Counted from the stretch's first letter, positions 8,582-17,546 are shown. The stretch: 43,794 nt of DNA from Thermomicrobiales bacterium (GCA_038230615.1 JBBRMX010000001.1:1-43794), one strand, 5' to 3'. The notes: generated from the sequence alone by a model not told the origin. A program made the numbers and translations.

Positions 8582-8707
8582 ATGCTTTGCATCGTGTCAT
8601 GCGGAGGAAATACGAATTGTCTGCGTTATGCTCTTGACGTTTGTACGGCGGCATCGTTGAATACGGCGGGCGAGAACCTACTGTATGAGAACGAGGGAGT
8701 ACACCGC

Positions 8708-9358
8708 ATGAACATTTCCGTATCTCCTCGCCGTATGTACAGGCTCATTCCGCTTATACTCCTGCTCTGTGTAACGTTCAATGGGGCGCAAAGCGTTGCC
8801 GCTTCCCCGACAAGCTACAAACTGCTCGATTTGCCGGCGATGGGACAAGTATGGAATCTGTCGTGCGAATATGCTGCAACCTCTGCCGCAACTGCCTTTT
8901 ATGGCAGCATGATTACGCAACAATCGTTTCTCGATGCAATCGGGTACAATAACAACCCGCACATGGGATTTCGCGGGCGCATCACCGGTCCGTGGGGCGG
9001 CACGAGAGACTATGGCGTCTACGCGGAGCCGATCGCAACCGCGCTCCATAGTTTCGGGTTCACACGCTCCTACTTTTTCTATGGCGGCGTGGACACGCTT
9101 AAAGATGAAATCGCCGCGAATCATCCCGTCGTCGTCTGGATTACCGGCACGTATAGATCGTCATCACGTTTTATAGTACAAGACGGAGACGAAACCTATT
9201 CACTTATTCCAAACGAACACGCCGTGACCGTCTACGGATATGATGACGTGGGTGTGTGGGTGATGGACCCCAGCACCGCGACGAAATATCGCGTGGGTTG
9301 GGGCGTGTTTCTCAATGCATGGAATCAGTTTGACGGCATGGGGCTTGTCGTCGCCTGA
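8708..9358 (+). CDS. Secreted C39-like (Peptidase_C39_2 type) cysteine peptidase
   Basis: Signal peptide MNISVSPRRMYRLIPLILLLCVTFNGAQSVAA. Candidate catalytic Cys in WNLSCEYAA and His in NEHAVTVYGYDD. GAGGGAG upstream of ATG 8708. GC is visibly lower: sampled lines give 47-57%. Confidence 0.55.
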   Translation: MNISVSPRRMYRLIPLILLLCVTFNGAQSVAASPTSYKLLDLPAMGQVWNLSCEYAATSAATAFYGSMITQQSFLDAIGYNNNPHMGFRGRITGPWGGTRDYGVYAEPIATALHSFGFTRSYFFYGGVDTLKDEIAANHPVVVWITGTYRSSSRFIVQDGDETYSLIPNEHAVTVYGYDDVGVWVMDPSTATKYRVGWGVFLNAWNQFDGMGLVVA

Positions 9359-9375
9359 CCCCGTTCGCACACAAA

Positions 9376-9412
9376 AACGCCGCGCCGCTTTTCATTGGCA
9401 ACGCGGCGTTTT
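9376..9412 (+). terminator. Hairpin plus short T-run after the peptidase gene
   Basis: AACGCCGCG (9376..9384) pairs with CGCGGCGTT (9402..9410). Loop is 17 nt. Followed by TTTT. An A-run precedes the hairpin. Confidence 0.45.
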
Positions 9413-9483
9413 CATGTGCGAAACGTGGCGACTGTCGTACGATACGGCACAGAGATAGGATGAAACAGAACGGGAGAGAGACG

Positions 9484-10011
9484 ATGGCAGATGGCACCGT
9501 AACCATACGCCCCGCAACGCCGGACGATGCCGCAGCAATCGCAGACATCTACAATCAGGGTATCCGCGAACGCATCGCTACCTATGAAACCGAGGAACGA
9601 ACACCGGACGAACGCCGTCAATGGCTCGCAACGCACGATGCGCGGCATCCGGTGATCGTCGCCACCATACCGGAGGGCGACGGCGTGCGGGTCGTCGGGT
9701 GGGCGTCGCTCGACGGCTACCGTGCGCGGGCATGTTACGCGGGCATCGCGGAGTTTTCTATCTACATTGACGACGCGGTACGCGGTCGGGGCATCGGCAT
9801 CGCGCTCCTCACTGCCCTGATCGAAGTCGCGGAGCGGGTGGGGATGTGGAAAATGCTCTCCCGCATCTTCCTTACCAACACTGCCAGCCGTGCCCTCTGC
9901 GCCAAACTGGGCTTCCGCGAAGTCGGCATCTACGAGAAACATGCCCAACTCGACGGCGTCTGGACTGATGTGGTCATTGTCGAGCGGCTAATTCCCGCAA
10001 ACCAGCCTTAA
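9484..10011 (+). CDS. GNAT N-acetyltransferase of the phosphinothricin acetyltransferase (PAT) / ArsN1-like family
   Basis: Motifs IRPATPDDAAAIADIYNQGI, YRARACYAGIAEFSIYI, RGRGIGIALL and ASRALCAKLGFREVG match the PAT/MnaT pattern. GGGAGAG precedes ATG 9484. Confidence 0.8.
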   Translation: MADGTVTIRPATPDDAAAIADIYNQGIRERIATYETEERTPDERRQWLATHDARHPVIVATIPEGDGVRVVGWASLDGYRARACYAGIAEFSIYIDDAVRGRGIGIALLTALIEVAERVGMWKMLSRIFLTNTASRALCAKLGFREVGIYEKHAQLDGVWTDVVIVERLIPANQP

Positions 10012-10014
10012 AAA

Positions 10015-10048
10015 TTGCCCTCCCTCCATTCGTGTGGAGGGAGGGCAA
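10015..10048 (-). terminator. Rho-independent terminator for the ADH gene; may also stop the convergent GNAT transcript
   Basis: Perfect 14-bp stem TTGCCCTCCCTCCA / TGGAGGGAGGGCAA with a 6-nt loop. On the minus strand it is followed by TTTTT. Confidence 0.75.
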
Positions 10049-10063
10049 CCGTCGGTAGTGCGG

Positions 10064-11152
10064 CTAGAGCATAATCACGCTGCGGAGGGTTTCGCCGCGC
10101 TTCATCGCGTTGAATGCTTCCTCCACATCTTCGAGTTTGATCTTCTCTGTCACAACCTCGTCCAGTTTCAACTGCCCTTGCTGATACCAGTTGGCGAGTA
10201 GCGGGAAGTCCCGCGTTGGCAGGCAGTTGCCATACCATGAGATCGTGGTGGTTCCGCCGATGTCAAAGAATTTCTGGAGCGGCAGTTGCAACTCCGGGCC
10301 CGGGCCGGGGACGCCGATAAAGACGCACGTTCCCGCGAGATCGCGGCACCACAGAGCCTGATCGAGCGTCTCCGGGCGACCGACTGCCTCGAACGAGTAA
10401 TCCACGCCGTACCCGCCCGTGATCTCTTTGATCTTCGCCACGGGGTCTCCCTCGCGGGCATTGATGACGTGCGTCGCGCCGAATAGTTTCGCCCATTCAA
10501 GTTTCTTCGGGTCAATGTCCACCGCGATAATCGTCGTCGCGCCCGCCAACCGTGCCCCCTGAATCACGCTGTCGCCTACGCCGCCGCACCCGAAGACCGC
10601 CGCCGTACGCCCCGGTTGGACATTGGCGGAATAGAGTGCCGCCCCGACACCCGTCATGATGCCGCACCCGATAAGCGACATCTGCGCGGCGGGGAGCGAT
10701 TTGTCCACCTTGATTGCCTGATGCGAATGCACGACCGTGTGCGTGCAGAAGGTGCCGATACCGAGGACAGGATTGAGTACCGTGCCGTCCATTGCCTTCA
10801 TCCGCTTCTCGGCATTGAGGCTGTTGGCGCAGAAGTTTGGCTGCCCGCGCAGACAGAACCGGCATTCGCCGCACGGCGCACGCCACGCGAGGATAACGCT
10901 GTCTCCGACCTGCACATTCGTCACACCGGGACCGACCTTCTCAATGATGCCGCTGCCTTCATGACCGAGCAGGAAGGGGAAGCCATCGGTGCCGTACGTG
11001 CCGCTCTTGACGCCGAGATCGGTGTGGCAGACGCCCGACGCGACGATGCGGACAAGTACTTCATTCTGCCCCGGATCGTCAACGGTAAAGTCTTCTATCG
11101 AGACGGGTGCGCCCGGTGTCCGTGCAATTGCGCCGCGTGCTTTCGTGACCAT
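10064..11152 (-). CDS. Zinc alcohol dehydrogenase, class III. Belongs to the S-(hydroxymethyl)mycothiol dehydrogenase / MscR-like family.
   Basis: Catalytic zinc motifs GVCHTD and GHEGSG. Structural-zinc motif CGECRFCLRGQPNFC. Rossmann motif FGCGGVG. C-terminal SWYGNCLPTRDFP and LRSVIML. Start trimmed to ATG 11152 (MVTKARG) with AAGGAG upstream; the track extension overlaps the upstream gene. Confidence 0.9.
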   Translation of the reverse strand: MVTKARGAIARTPGAPVSIEDFTVDDPGQNEVLVRIVASGVCHTDLGVKSGTYGTDGFPFLLGHEGSGIIEKVGPGVTNVQVGDSVILAWRAPCGECRFCLRGQPNFCANSLNAEKRMKAMDGTVLNPVLGIGTFCTHTVVHSHQAIKVDKSLPAAQMSLIGCGIMTGVGAALYSANVQPGRTAAVFGCGGVGDSVIQGARLAGATTIIAVDIDPKKLEWAKLFGATHVINAREGDPVAKIKEITGGYGVDYSFEAVGRPETLDQALWCRDLAGTCVFIGVPGPGPELQLPLQKFFDIGGTTTISWYGNCLPTRDFPLLANWYQQGQLKLDEVVTEKIKLEDVEEAFNAMKRGETLRSVIML

Positions 11153-11231
11153 AACTGTGCGTCTCCTTTGGGGTGTGCGGGGCGGTCGAATAGCGGCATC
11201 GTGCCACGTTCCGGCAATGCGCGTCAAGCAA

Positions 11232-12182
11232 CTACACGAGTTGCCATGTTGTGGGGACGGCATCGCACTTTTCAGTCGCCTCGCCGTGCGAAACGAGTTC
11301 GCGCAGGTGCGCCCGTGCCGGTCCCGCCAGTTCTGTCCCCATGACCGGGAAGGGACCAAGCGCGGCGTCGGCGCGTGCCAGCACATCCGCCAGTGTGTGT
11401 GGTCGCCTGTCCGCGAGTGCGTCCCGGATCGCGTTGCGTGCGTGTGCGACGAAACCCGCACTCGCCGCGAGGAATGTATTCACCGCGTCGCCTTCCAGCA
11501 CGGCGTAGTGCGCGGTGAGCAACCGGTGCGGTCGGAGCGATTGCAGCCGCCGGATCGTGCCTTCGTACGCATGCACATCGTAATACGGTGGCGGGCTGAT
11601 GACATTGCCTGCCCGGTCGAGCAGCCCTGCACCGAGGGCGGCATCGGTAATGATTGCGGTGTGCGAGGCGGCGTGCCACAACCCCAGATGTCCCGGCGTA
11701 TGCCCCGGCAGATGCAGCACCTCAACGGACAACCGCGCACCAAGCCGAAATATCTCCCCGCCGACGAGTTGCACATCGAGCGGCACCGCCCCGGTATGCG
11801 CTGCCTTGAGCCATGCCCACGTCTCTGCGTCGTAGTCAATGCCGTGCGCGGCAAACCAGCCGTACCGTTCGCGTTGCATCCGTTCTCGTTCTTCGAGGTG
11901 CGCGGCGTCGGCATGATGCGCCACGAAGCGGACGCGGGGCGCGGCGGCGCGGATCGCCCCGTTCCCGCCGCAATGATCCACATCCGCATGGGTTGTCAGT
12001 ACCCAATCAAGTGATTCCGGCGCGATGCCGTGCGCCCGGAGATAGGGCAGGATGACAGCGGCAGGCGTCTCAGCCGTGCCGGTATCCACCAGCAACGATT
12101 GCGCATCGTCCAGCAGATATTGCGCGAACGGGCGCGGCCCCAATACGCTTTCGATGCGATAGATTCCCGGCACGATCTCCAC
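11232..12182 (-). CDS. MBL-fold metallo-hydrolase
   Basis: Metal motif THADVDHCGG (HxHxDH-type), plus a later HLPGHTPGH. GTG start. Lies 80 nt upstream of, and co-directional with, the ADH gene. Confidence 0.85.
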   Translation of the reverse strand: MEIVPGIYRIESVLGPRPFAQYLLDDAQSLLVDTGTAETPAAVILPYLRAHGIAPESLDWVLTTHADVDHCGGNGAIRAAAPRVRFVAHHADAAHLEERERMQRERYGWFAAHGIDYDAETWAWLKAAHTGAVPLDVQLVGGEIFRLGARLSVEVLHLPGHTPGHLGLWHAASHTAIITDAALGAGLLDRAGNVISPPPYYDVHAYEGTIRRLQSLRPHRLLTAHYAVLEGDAVNTFLAASAGFVAHARNAIRDALADRRPHTLADVLARADAALGPFPVMGTELAGPARAHLRELVSHGEATEKCDAVPTTWQLV

Positions 12183-12304
12183 GCTTCGCCCCCTCGCTGC
12201 GGCTTCGTCGTGTTGCTATCATACCGCAACGATGGGAAACGAAACGGGACGCCCCGCAGTAAAGAGGCGTCACGTTTCGTGATCGTGTGGGGATCGAAGC
12301 GACG

Positions 12305-13951
12305 CTAATGCCCTGCTGCGACCGGGACGGGCGGCGCAGATGCTTTGCCGCCGCGTTGCGCGAAGTGCAAATCCTTTGCCCGGATAAAGAGCAGCGATGC
12401 GGCGAGTGCGACCCCTGTCAGTGCTACCGCAACATAGATCATGTCATGAAATCCTGCGATGAATGCGCTGTGCGTTGCGTTCTGGATCGCCGGCGCGAAC
12501 TGCGGCGGCACTTGCGGCGGCACGCGCCCCGCGAACGAGACATTGCCGCCCGTGCCGCGAATCAACTGCTGTGCGAATTGATCGGGGACGTTTGCATCTG
12601 CCAGCGATCCGGGCAGGTAGTGTCCGTACCGCGTCGTGAAGACTGCGCCAAGTAGGGCAATGCCGACACTGCTTCCGACTTGCCGCATCGTGCTGCTGAT
12701 GCCGGTCGCAAGCCCCGCCTGTTCACGCGGCGCGGAACTGACCGCAACAGTCGTCAGTTGCGATTGCAACGCCGCCCCACCGATCCCCGTGATAATCAAT
12801 CCCGGTAGCAATGCGGACCAGTCCGATGTCGCCGCAATGCGGATCAGCAGCAGCAACCCGAATCCGAAGACCACGAGCGAGACGCTAAACAAGATGCGTG
12901 TATCCATCCGGTTGCCCAATGCTCCGACGACGGGTGCGATGAAGATGCTGCCGATCACGATGGGGATGTACCGTAGCCCCGTACCGAGTGCGTCATACCC
13001 GAGTACATTCTGAAAAAGCAACGCCAGTATGAGAAACAACCCTGCATAGATGAGGCTGATTACCAGCGTCACCACGGCGACCGCGTTGAAGGTCGGCACA
13101 CGGAAAACGTGGAGATCAACCATCGCGTCTTTGCCATTGCGGACGAGTGCGGACTCGATGAACAGGAAGGCGATAAATCCGATGATCGTTACGGCAAATG
13201 CCGCGAGCGTTTTGCTGTTTGTCCAGCCCCATTCTTCGCCTTTGATCAGTCCGAGCGTGAGTGCGAAGAGGGTGACAATACTCAGCGCGACACCCGCGAA
13301 GTCAATCGTACGCCCGCCACGTTCGCTGCGCGATTCTTTGATGACGAGCACCCCGACGACGAAGCCGATGATGCCAATCGGCACGTTGATGAGAAAGACC
13401 GACTGCCAGTTGACATACTTCACGAGCACGCCGCCGATGATTGGGCCGAGCGCAAGTGCGATGCCCGACACCCCGCCGTAGATACCGAATGCGGTGCCGA
13501 GTTCCGGCCCCCAGAATGTAGACGAGATGATCGCTCCGGCGATAGGTGAAAGAATTGCTGCGCCGACACCCTGCACGCCGCGGGCGATCTGCAATTGCGT
13601 CACATCCTGCGACAACGCACAGCCGAGCGATGCAACAGTGAAAATTACCAGCCCGACGAGAAAGAGCCGCTTGCGCCCGAACAAGTCACCGATCTTCGCG
13701 GCGGTCAGCACGAGGGTCGCGTATACCAGCGTGTATGTTGCAATGACCCATTGCAAGTTCGCAAATGAGGTGCTGAAATCTCGTGCGATATTCGGCAGTG
13801 CGACATTGACGACGGTCACATCGAGCAAGGTCATGAAGAGGGCAAAGTTTACCGCCGCTAGCGTGTACCAGCGTCGCGGGTCTTTCTCGCGGGATGTGCC
13901 GCTGCCCCATGCGGGTGCTGCGGATGTGGAGGATGCGCGCGTTTCTGCCAT
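12305..13951 (-). CDS. MFS transporter, DHA2 (EmrB/QacA-like, 14-TMS) drug:H+ antiporter family
   Basis: LDVTVVNVALPNI near the N-terminus and GDLFGRKRLFL (motif A). Many hydrophobic spans over about 548 aa. Start trimmed to ATG 13951, 30 nt after the TetR stop. Confidence 0.9.
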   Translation of the reverse strand: MAETRASSTSAAPAWGSGTSREKDPRRWYTLAAVNFALFMTLLDVTVVNVALPNIARDFSTSFANLQWVIATYTLVYATLVLTAAKIGDLFGRKRLFLVGLVIFTVASLGCALSQDVTQLQIARGVQGVGAAILSPIAGAIISSTFWGPELGTAFGIYGGVSGIALALGPIIGGVLVKYVNWQSVFLINVPIGIIGFVVGVLVIKESRSERGGRTIDFAGVALSIVTLFALTLGLIKGEEWGWTNSKTLAAFAVTIIGFIAFLFIESALVRNGKDAMVDLHVFRVPTFNAVAVVTLVISLIYAGLFLILALLFQNVLGYDALGTGLRYIPIVIGSIFIAPVVGALGNRMDTRILFSVSLVVFGFGLLLLIRIAATSDWSALLPGLIITGIGGAALQSQLTTVAVSSAPREQAGLATGISSTMRQVGSSVGIALLGAVFTTRYGHYLPGSLADANVPDQFAQQLIRGTGGNVSFAGRVPPQVPPQFAPAIQNATHSAFIAGFHDMIYVAVALTGVALAASLLFIRAKDLHFAQRGGKASAPPVPVAAGH

Positions 13952-13980
13952 GATGGACGGTGCCTTTCTGAGATTGAGGG

Positions 13981-14598
13981 TTATTGGGCGAGCAACCAGT
14001 GTTCGAGTTCTGCACATGCACGGTCGAAGTCGAGATCGGATGTGACGAGATAGCGTGCGCCGCGTTGGAAACACGTTAAGATCGTCGTGGCCGCTACCAC
14101 ATCGAGATCGGCGCGGAATGTGCCGTCTGCAACGCCGTCGCGCAGTATATCTTCGACACTCCGGTTCCAGCTCCGCTCCAGCCGTTCGAGAACATTGCGG
14201 ATGGTCGGGTCGCGGTCCGCACGCACCGCCATCTCGTGGGTTACCTCATACATAGACGGATAGTGCGCGGCGTAAAATTGCGCGTCCGCGAATTCCTGCC
14301 GTAGCAGGTCGAGCGGCGTCGGATCGCCTGTGTACTCAAGAGGCGCGTGGAGTGTGGCGAATTGCTCTGCTAGATAGTCTGCAACGCCGTCAATCAGTGC
14401 CTCCTTGCTCATGAAATAGTAGTGCAGTGTGGCGATATTGACGCCTGCACGCGCCGCGACTTCGCGCGTACGCAACCCTTCAAACCCACGTTCCGCGATG
14501 ATCTCGAATGCTGCTCGCACCAACGCATGCCGCCGTGCATCGCCTGCGGCGCGGTGCGTCATAGCCTCCGGTGGGGTAGGTTCCTTTGTCGTCTCCAT
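13981..14598 (-). CDS. TetR/AcrR family transcriptional regulator
   Basis: N-terminal HTH: FEGLRTREVAARAGVNIATLHYYFMSKEAL. Immediately upstream of the MFS gene. Confidence 0.9.
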   Translation of the reverse strand: METTKEPTPPEAMTHRAAGDARRHALVRAAFEIIAERGFEGLRTREVAARAGVNIATLHYYFMSKEALIDGVADYLAEQFATLHAPLEYTGDPTPLDLLRQEFADAQFYAAHYPSMYEVTHEMAVRADRDPTIRNVLERLERSWNRSVEDILRDGVADGTFRADLDVVAATTILTCFQRGARYLVTSDLDFDRACAELEHWLLAQ

Positions 14599-14616
14599 CG
14601 CGCTTCTCCCGTCTCA

Positions 14617-14673
14617 TCAATCACTTGAGTAGATCATACGTCCTATTTCTCTATTTGTCAATCACTTGATTGA
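14617..14673 (-). promoter_or_regulatory. TetR-MFS operon promoter with two operator copies
   Basis: Read on the minus strand: TTGACA (14661..14656), a 17-nt spacer, then TATGAT (14638..14633). The 16-bp palindrome TCAATCACTTGATTGA (14658..14673) overlaps the -35 box. A second TCAATCACTTGA copy (14617..14628) sits just downstream of the -10 box. Confidence 0.65.
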
Positions 14674-14698
14674 AAACGAATCGCGTACATACATACAT

Positions 14699-14733
14699 GG
14701 AGCAACGACCGGAAGATATCCGGTCGTTGCTCC
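14699..14733 (-). terminator. Strong hairpin downstream of ytxJ
   Basis: GGAGCAACGACCGGA / TCCGGTCGTTGCTCC forms a perfect 15-bp stem with a 5-nt loop. The tail is ATGTATGTATG, which is not a clean U-tract. Confidence 0.55.
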
Positions 14734-14763
14734 ATGTGATCTATGCCAATAACGGTATGTGGT

Positions 14764-15096
14764 TTAGGCGTGATCTGCGGTGGCGCGGTTGACGGCATCG
14801 GCGGTGATATCGAACTGTGACGCAGACCACACCGCCTTGCCGCCCCGCAGCACGATTACCTGCGGCGATTCGTGCGTGACACCAGTGCGCTTCGTTACCG
14901 CGCTGGCGATTGCCTTGTCGTTCGCCACATCAACGGTCGGTACATCCCCGGCGATGCGCGCGAGTTGGCGGTGCGCGTTCGCACTGATCGGGCAATAGGG
15001 GTCGTGCTTGAACAGGACAATGGGGGCGTCCTGCGACCGGGCGAACAGGTCATCGAGGGCTGCGTCATCGGTTACGGGCGTGAAATGGTCTGCCAT
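14764..15096 (-). CDS. ytxJ: YtxJ-like monothiol thioredoxin-fold protein (bacillithiol system associated, DUF2847)
   Basis: VLFKHDPYCPIS matches the single-Cys (T/Y)CPIS motif. About 110 aa. Start trimmed to ATG 15096 with AAAGGAAC upstream. Confidence 0.7.
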   Translation of the reverse strand: MADHFTPVTDDAALDDLFARSQDAPIVLFKHDPYCPISANAHRQLARIAGDVPTVDVANDKAIASAVTKRTGVTHESPQVIVLRGGKAVWSASQFDITADAVNRATADHA

Positions 15097-15308
15097 TGTG
15101 CGCGTTCCTTTCGTTCGAGCAGTAGGTGCGGGCAGCGACGGCTGCCCGCGTTGGTCTCTCCCTATTGTCACACGGATAGCCGATGGTGCAACGGTACTGG
15201 TATCGTAGGTGTCTCGTCTGCGAAACTGTGCTGGCACAAACACTGCACGTATCGCCGGTGGGTGCGGCGATACGCGATTCATATGCACGTATTTACGGGA
15301 GGGCATAG

Positions 15309-17546
15309 ATGGGAACGGTTGTCCTGAGTCTGGTCTTTCACAATCACCAGCCGATCGGGAACTTCGGCTGGGTCAACGAGGATCATTATCAAAAGGCATA
15401 TCTACCGATGGTGGAGGCGTTGGAGCGGCATCCCGGCGTGCGAGTTGGGCTGCATTATACCGGGTCGCTCCTCGATTGGTTGAGCGACGCGCACCCCGAT
15501 TTGCTTGATCGCGTCCGTGCGCTGGCGGAACGCGGGCAAGTCGAAGTTGTCGGTGGCGGCTTCTACGAGCCGGTTCTTGCGGTGTTGCCCGAAATTGACC
15601 GCGTGGGGCAAATTCGTGCCCTTTCCCGTGCCGTCGAGGAGCGTTTCGGCACCACGCCCACGGGCATGTGGCTGGCGGAGCGGGTCTGGGAGCCGGGATT
15701 GCCACATTCGTTGGTGGACGCCGGGATGCAGTGGACCATTGTAGACGATACGCATCTGATTGCCTCCGGTCTCAGCGCGGATGACCTGTACGGGTACTAC
15801 CTGACTGAGGACGATGGGCGACCGTTCGGCGTCTTTGCCTCGCTCTATGACCTGCGGTACACCGTGCCGTGGCGACCAGTCGTGGAGGCGATTACCTTTC
15901 TCCGTGGGCTTGCTGACACACACACCGGGGGCGCACCGCCTATCGCGGTCATGGGCGACGACGGCGAGAAGTTCGGGGCATGGCCGGGAACTTACAACTC
16001 GATGTGGGTGCAGGGCTACGTGGACGAACTCTTCTCTGCCTTCGAGGAAAATAGTGAGTGGCTGACGACGATGCCGCTAAGTGAATATCAGCGCACCTAT
16101 CCCGCGAAGGGGCGCGTCTATTTGCCGACCGCATCGTACGTCGAGATGAGCGAGTGGGTGTTGCCCGCTGCCGCCGGTGCCGAACTGGAGACACTGCGTC
16201 ATCAGATGGAGAAAGAACAGCCCGAAATCGCCCGCTGGATGCGCGGCGGGTTCTGGCGGTCGTTCATGACGAAGTACCCGGAGATCAACCGCCTGCACAA
16301 GCGGATGCTCCGCACCCATGCGAAAGTCCATGCTGCCCGTGCCGTAGACGGTATCGCGGGCGATGGTGGGCTACGCGAACTCTATCGCGGGCAGAACAAT
16401 GATTCCTACTGGCACGGCATCTTTGGCGGTATCTACATGAACCACATGCGTGCGGAGACGACGCATCGCTTGCTGCGTGCCGAGATTGCTGCCGATGCGA
16501 TATTGCATGAGGGGGAAGCAAACTGGTTTTCGCACGAACTCCGTGATCTCGATGCAGACGGGCAACCGGAGTTGCTCATCACGGGGCAGCATCAGAACCT
16601 GCTCCTTGACCCTGCCGAGGGGGGGATGCTGCAACAATGGGATATTCGCCGACCCGCGCTCAATGCGCTCGACACGCTGGCGCGGCGGCAGGAGGCGTAT
16701 CATGCCACCGTACGTGACCACGCGAAAGACGCAGAGATCGGCGAGATGCCCGAAACGGGCGAGGAAGGCGGCGATGCAGAAGCGGGCGAACCCGCGAATA
16801 TCCATTCCATCATCCGCTTCCGTGAGGCGGGGCTGGACGATTATCTCGCCTTCGATGCGTACGACCGGGGGGGTGGCATCGAGCATCTGTTCGACGCCGA
16901 GACGAGTGCGGACGATTTCCGGTTCGGGCGATACACCGAGCGCGGCGATCTCGTCTCCGGTGTCTGGACACTTGATCCGGTGGGGGAAACGGCGGCGTTT
17001 CCATCGGCAACCAATGCGGATGCATGGAAGTTTACATTGCGGCGCGATGGCACGATCACGTGGCCGGACGGCGGCACGTCGCCGCTTGCGGTCGAGAAGG
17101 CGTATATGGTGCAAACGATGGGGGCGGCGTTTGAATGCCATTACCGTGTGACGAACGGTGGACCGCTCCCGGTGCAGATCGTCTTCGGCTCGGAATGGAA
17201 CATGAACTTGCAGGGTGGCGGACACAACGAGCAGTGTTATACATGGATGCCCGACCACAGCGTCTTCACGCAATTCCACGATATGCCGGAATCATGGGAC
17301 GAGGCGACCGAAGTGCATTTCGGTAACACGTACCTCGATACCGATCTGCACCTGCTGGTCAGCCCGCCCGCCGCGCTATGGAAATTGCCGATCGAGACTG
17401 TCTCAAACTCGGAAGGCGGCTTCGAGCGTGTCTATCAGGGGACGAGTTTCGTTGCCCGCTGGTCGCTTGCACTCGATCCCGGCGCGACATGGGAGGGCAG
17501 CATCTTCTGGACCGCAGGCAGCGCGCAATCTGCCCCGCAGCAATAA
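15309..17546 (+). CDS. Glycoside hydrolase family 57 (alpha-amylase / 4-alpha-glucanotransferase type) with a large C-terminal domain
   Basis: GH57 conserved regions are present: VFHNHQP, GQVEVV, WLAERVWEP (nucleophile Glu) and GDDGEKFG (acid/base Asp). GGGAGGG precedes the ATG. Confidence 0.9.
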   Translation: MGTVVLSLVFHNHQPIGNFGWVNEDHYQKAYLPMVEALERHPGVRVGLHYTGSLLDWLSDAHPDLLDRVRALAERGQVEVVGGGFYEPVLAVLPEIDRVGQIRALSRAVEERFGTTPTGMWLAERVWEPGLPHSLVDAGMQWTIVDDTHLIASGLSADDLYGYYLTEDDGRPFGVFASLYDLRYTVPWRPVVEAITFLRGLADTHTGGAPPIAVMGDDGEKFGAWPGTYNSMWVQGYVDELFSAFEENSEWLTTMPLSEYQRTYPAKGRVYLPTASYVEMSEWVLPAAAGAELETLRHQMEKEQPEIARWMRGGFWRSFMTKYPEINRLHKRMLRTHAKVHAARAVDGIAGDGGLRELYRGQNNDSYWHGIFGGIYMNHMRAETTHRLLRAEIAADAILHEGEANWFSHELRDLDADGQPELLITGQHQNLLLDPAEGGMLQQWDIRRPALNALDTLARRQEAYHATVRDHAKDAEIGEMPETGEEGGDAEAGEPANIHSIIRFREAGLDDYLAFDAYDRGGGIEHLFDAETSADDFRFGRYTERGDLVSGVWTLDPVGETAAFPSATNADAWKFTLRRDGTITWPDGGTSPLAVEKAYMVQTMGAAFECHYRVTNGGPLPVQIVFGSEWNMNLQGGGHNEQCYTWMPDHSVFTQFHDMPESWDEATEVHFGNTYLDTDLHLLVSPPAALWKLPIETVSNSEGGFERVYQGTSFVARWSLALDPGATWEGSIFWTAGSAQSAPQQ

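Noticed and set aside
11153-11461. 5' extension of the ADH ORF to 465 aa
   Set aside because: It overlaps the 3' end of the MBL gene. The Zn-ADH family N-terminus (MVTKARG...) with AAGGAG upstream starts at 11152.
16371-17279. 302-aa minus-strand ORF, plus 16450..17151 on the plus strand
   Set aside because: Both lie inside the GH57 gene, in the antisense or alternative frame. They are Arg-rich with no motifs. The GH57 frame carries all five family signatures.
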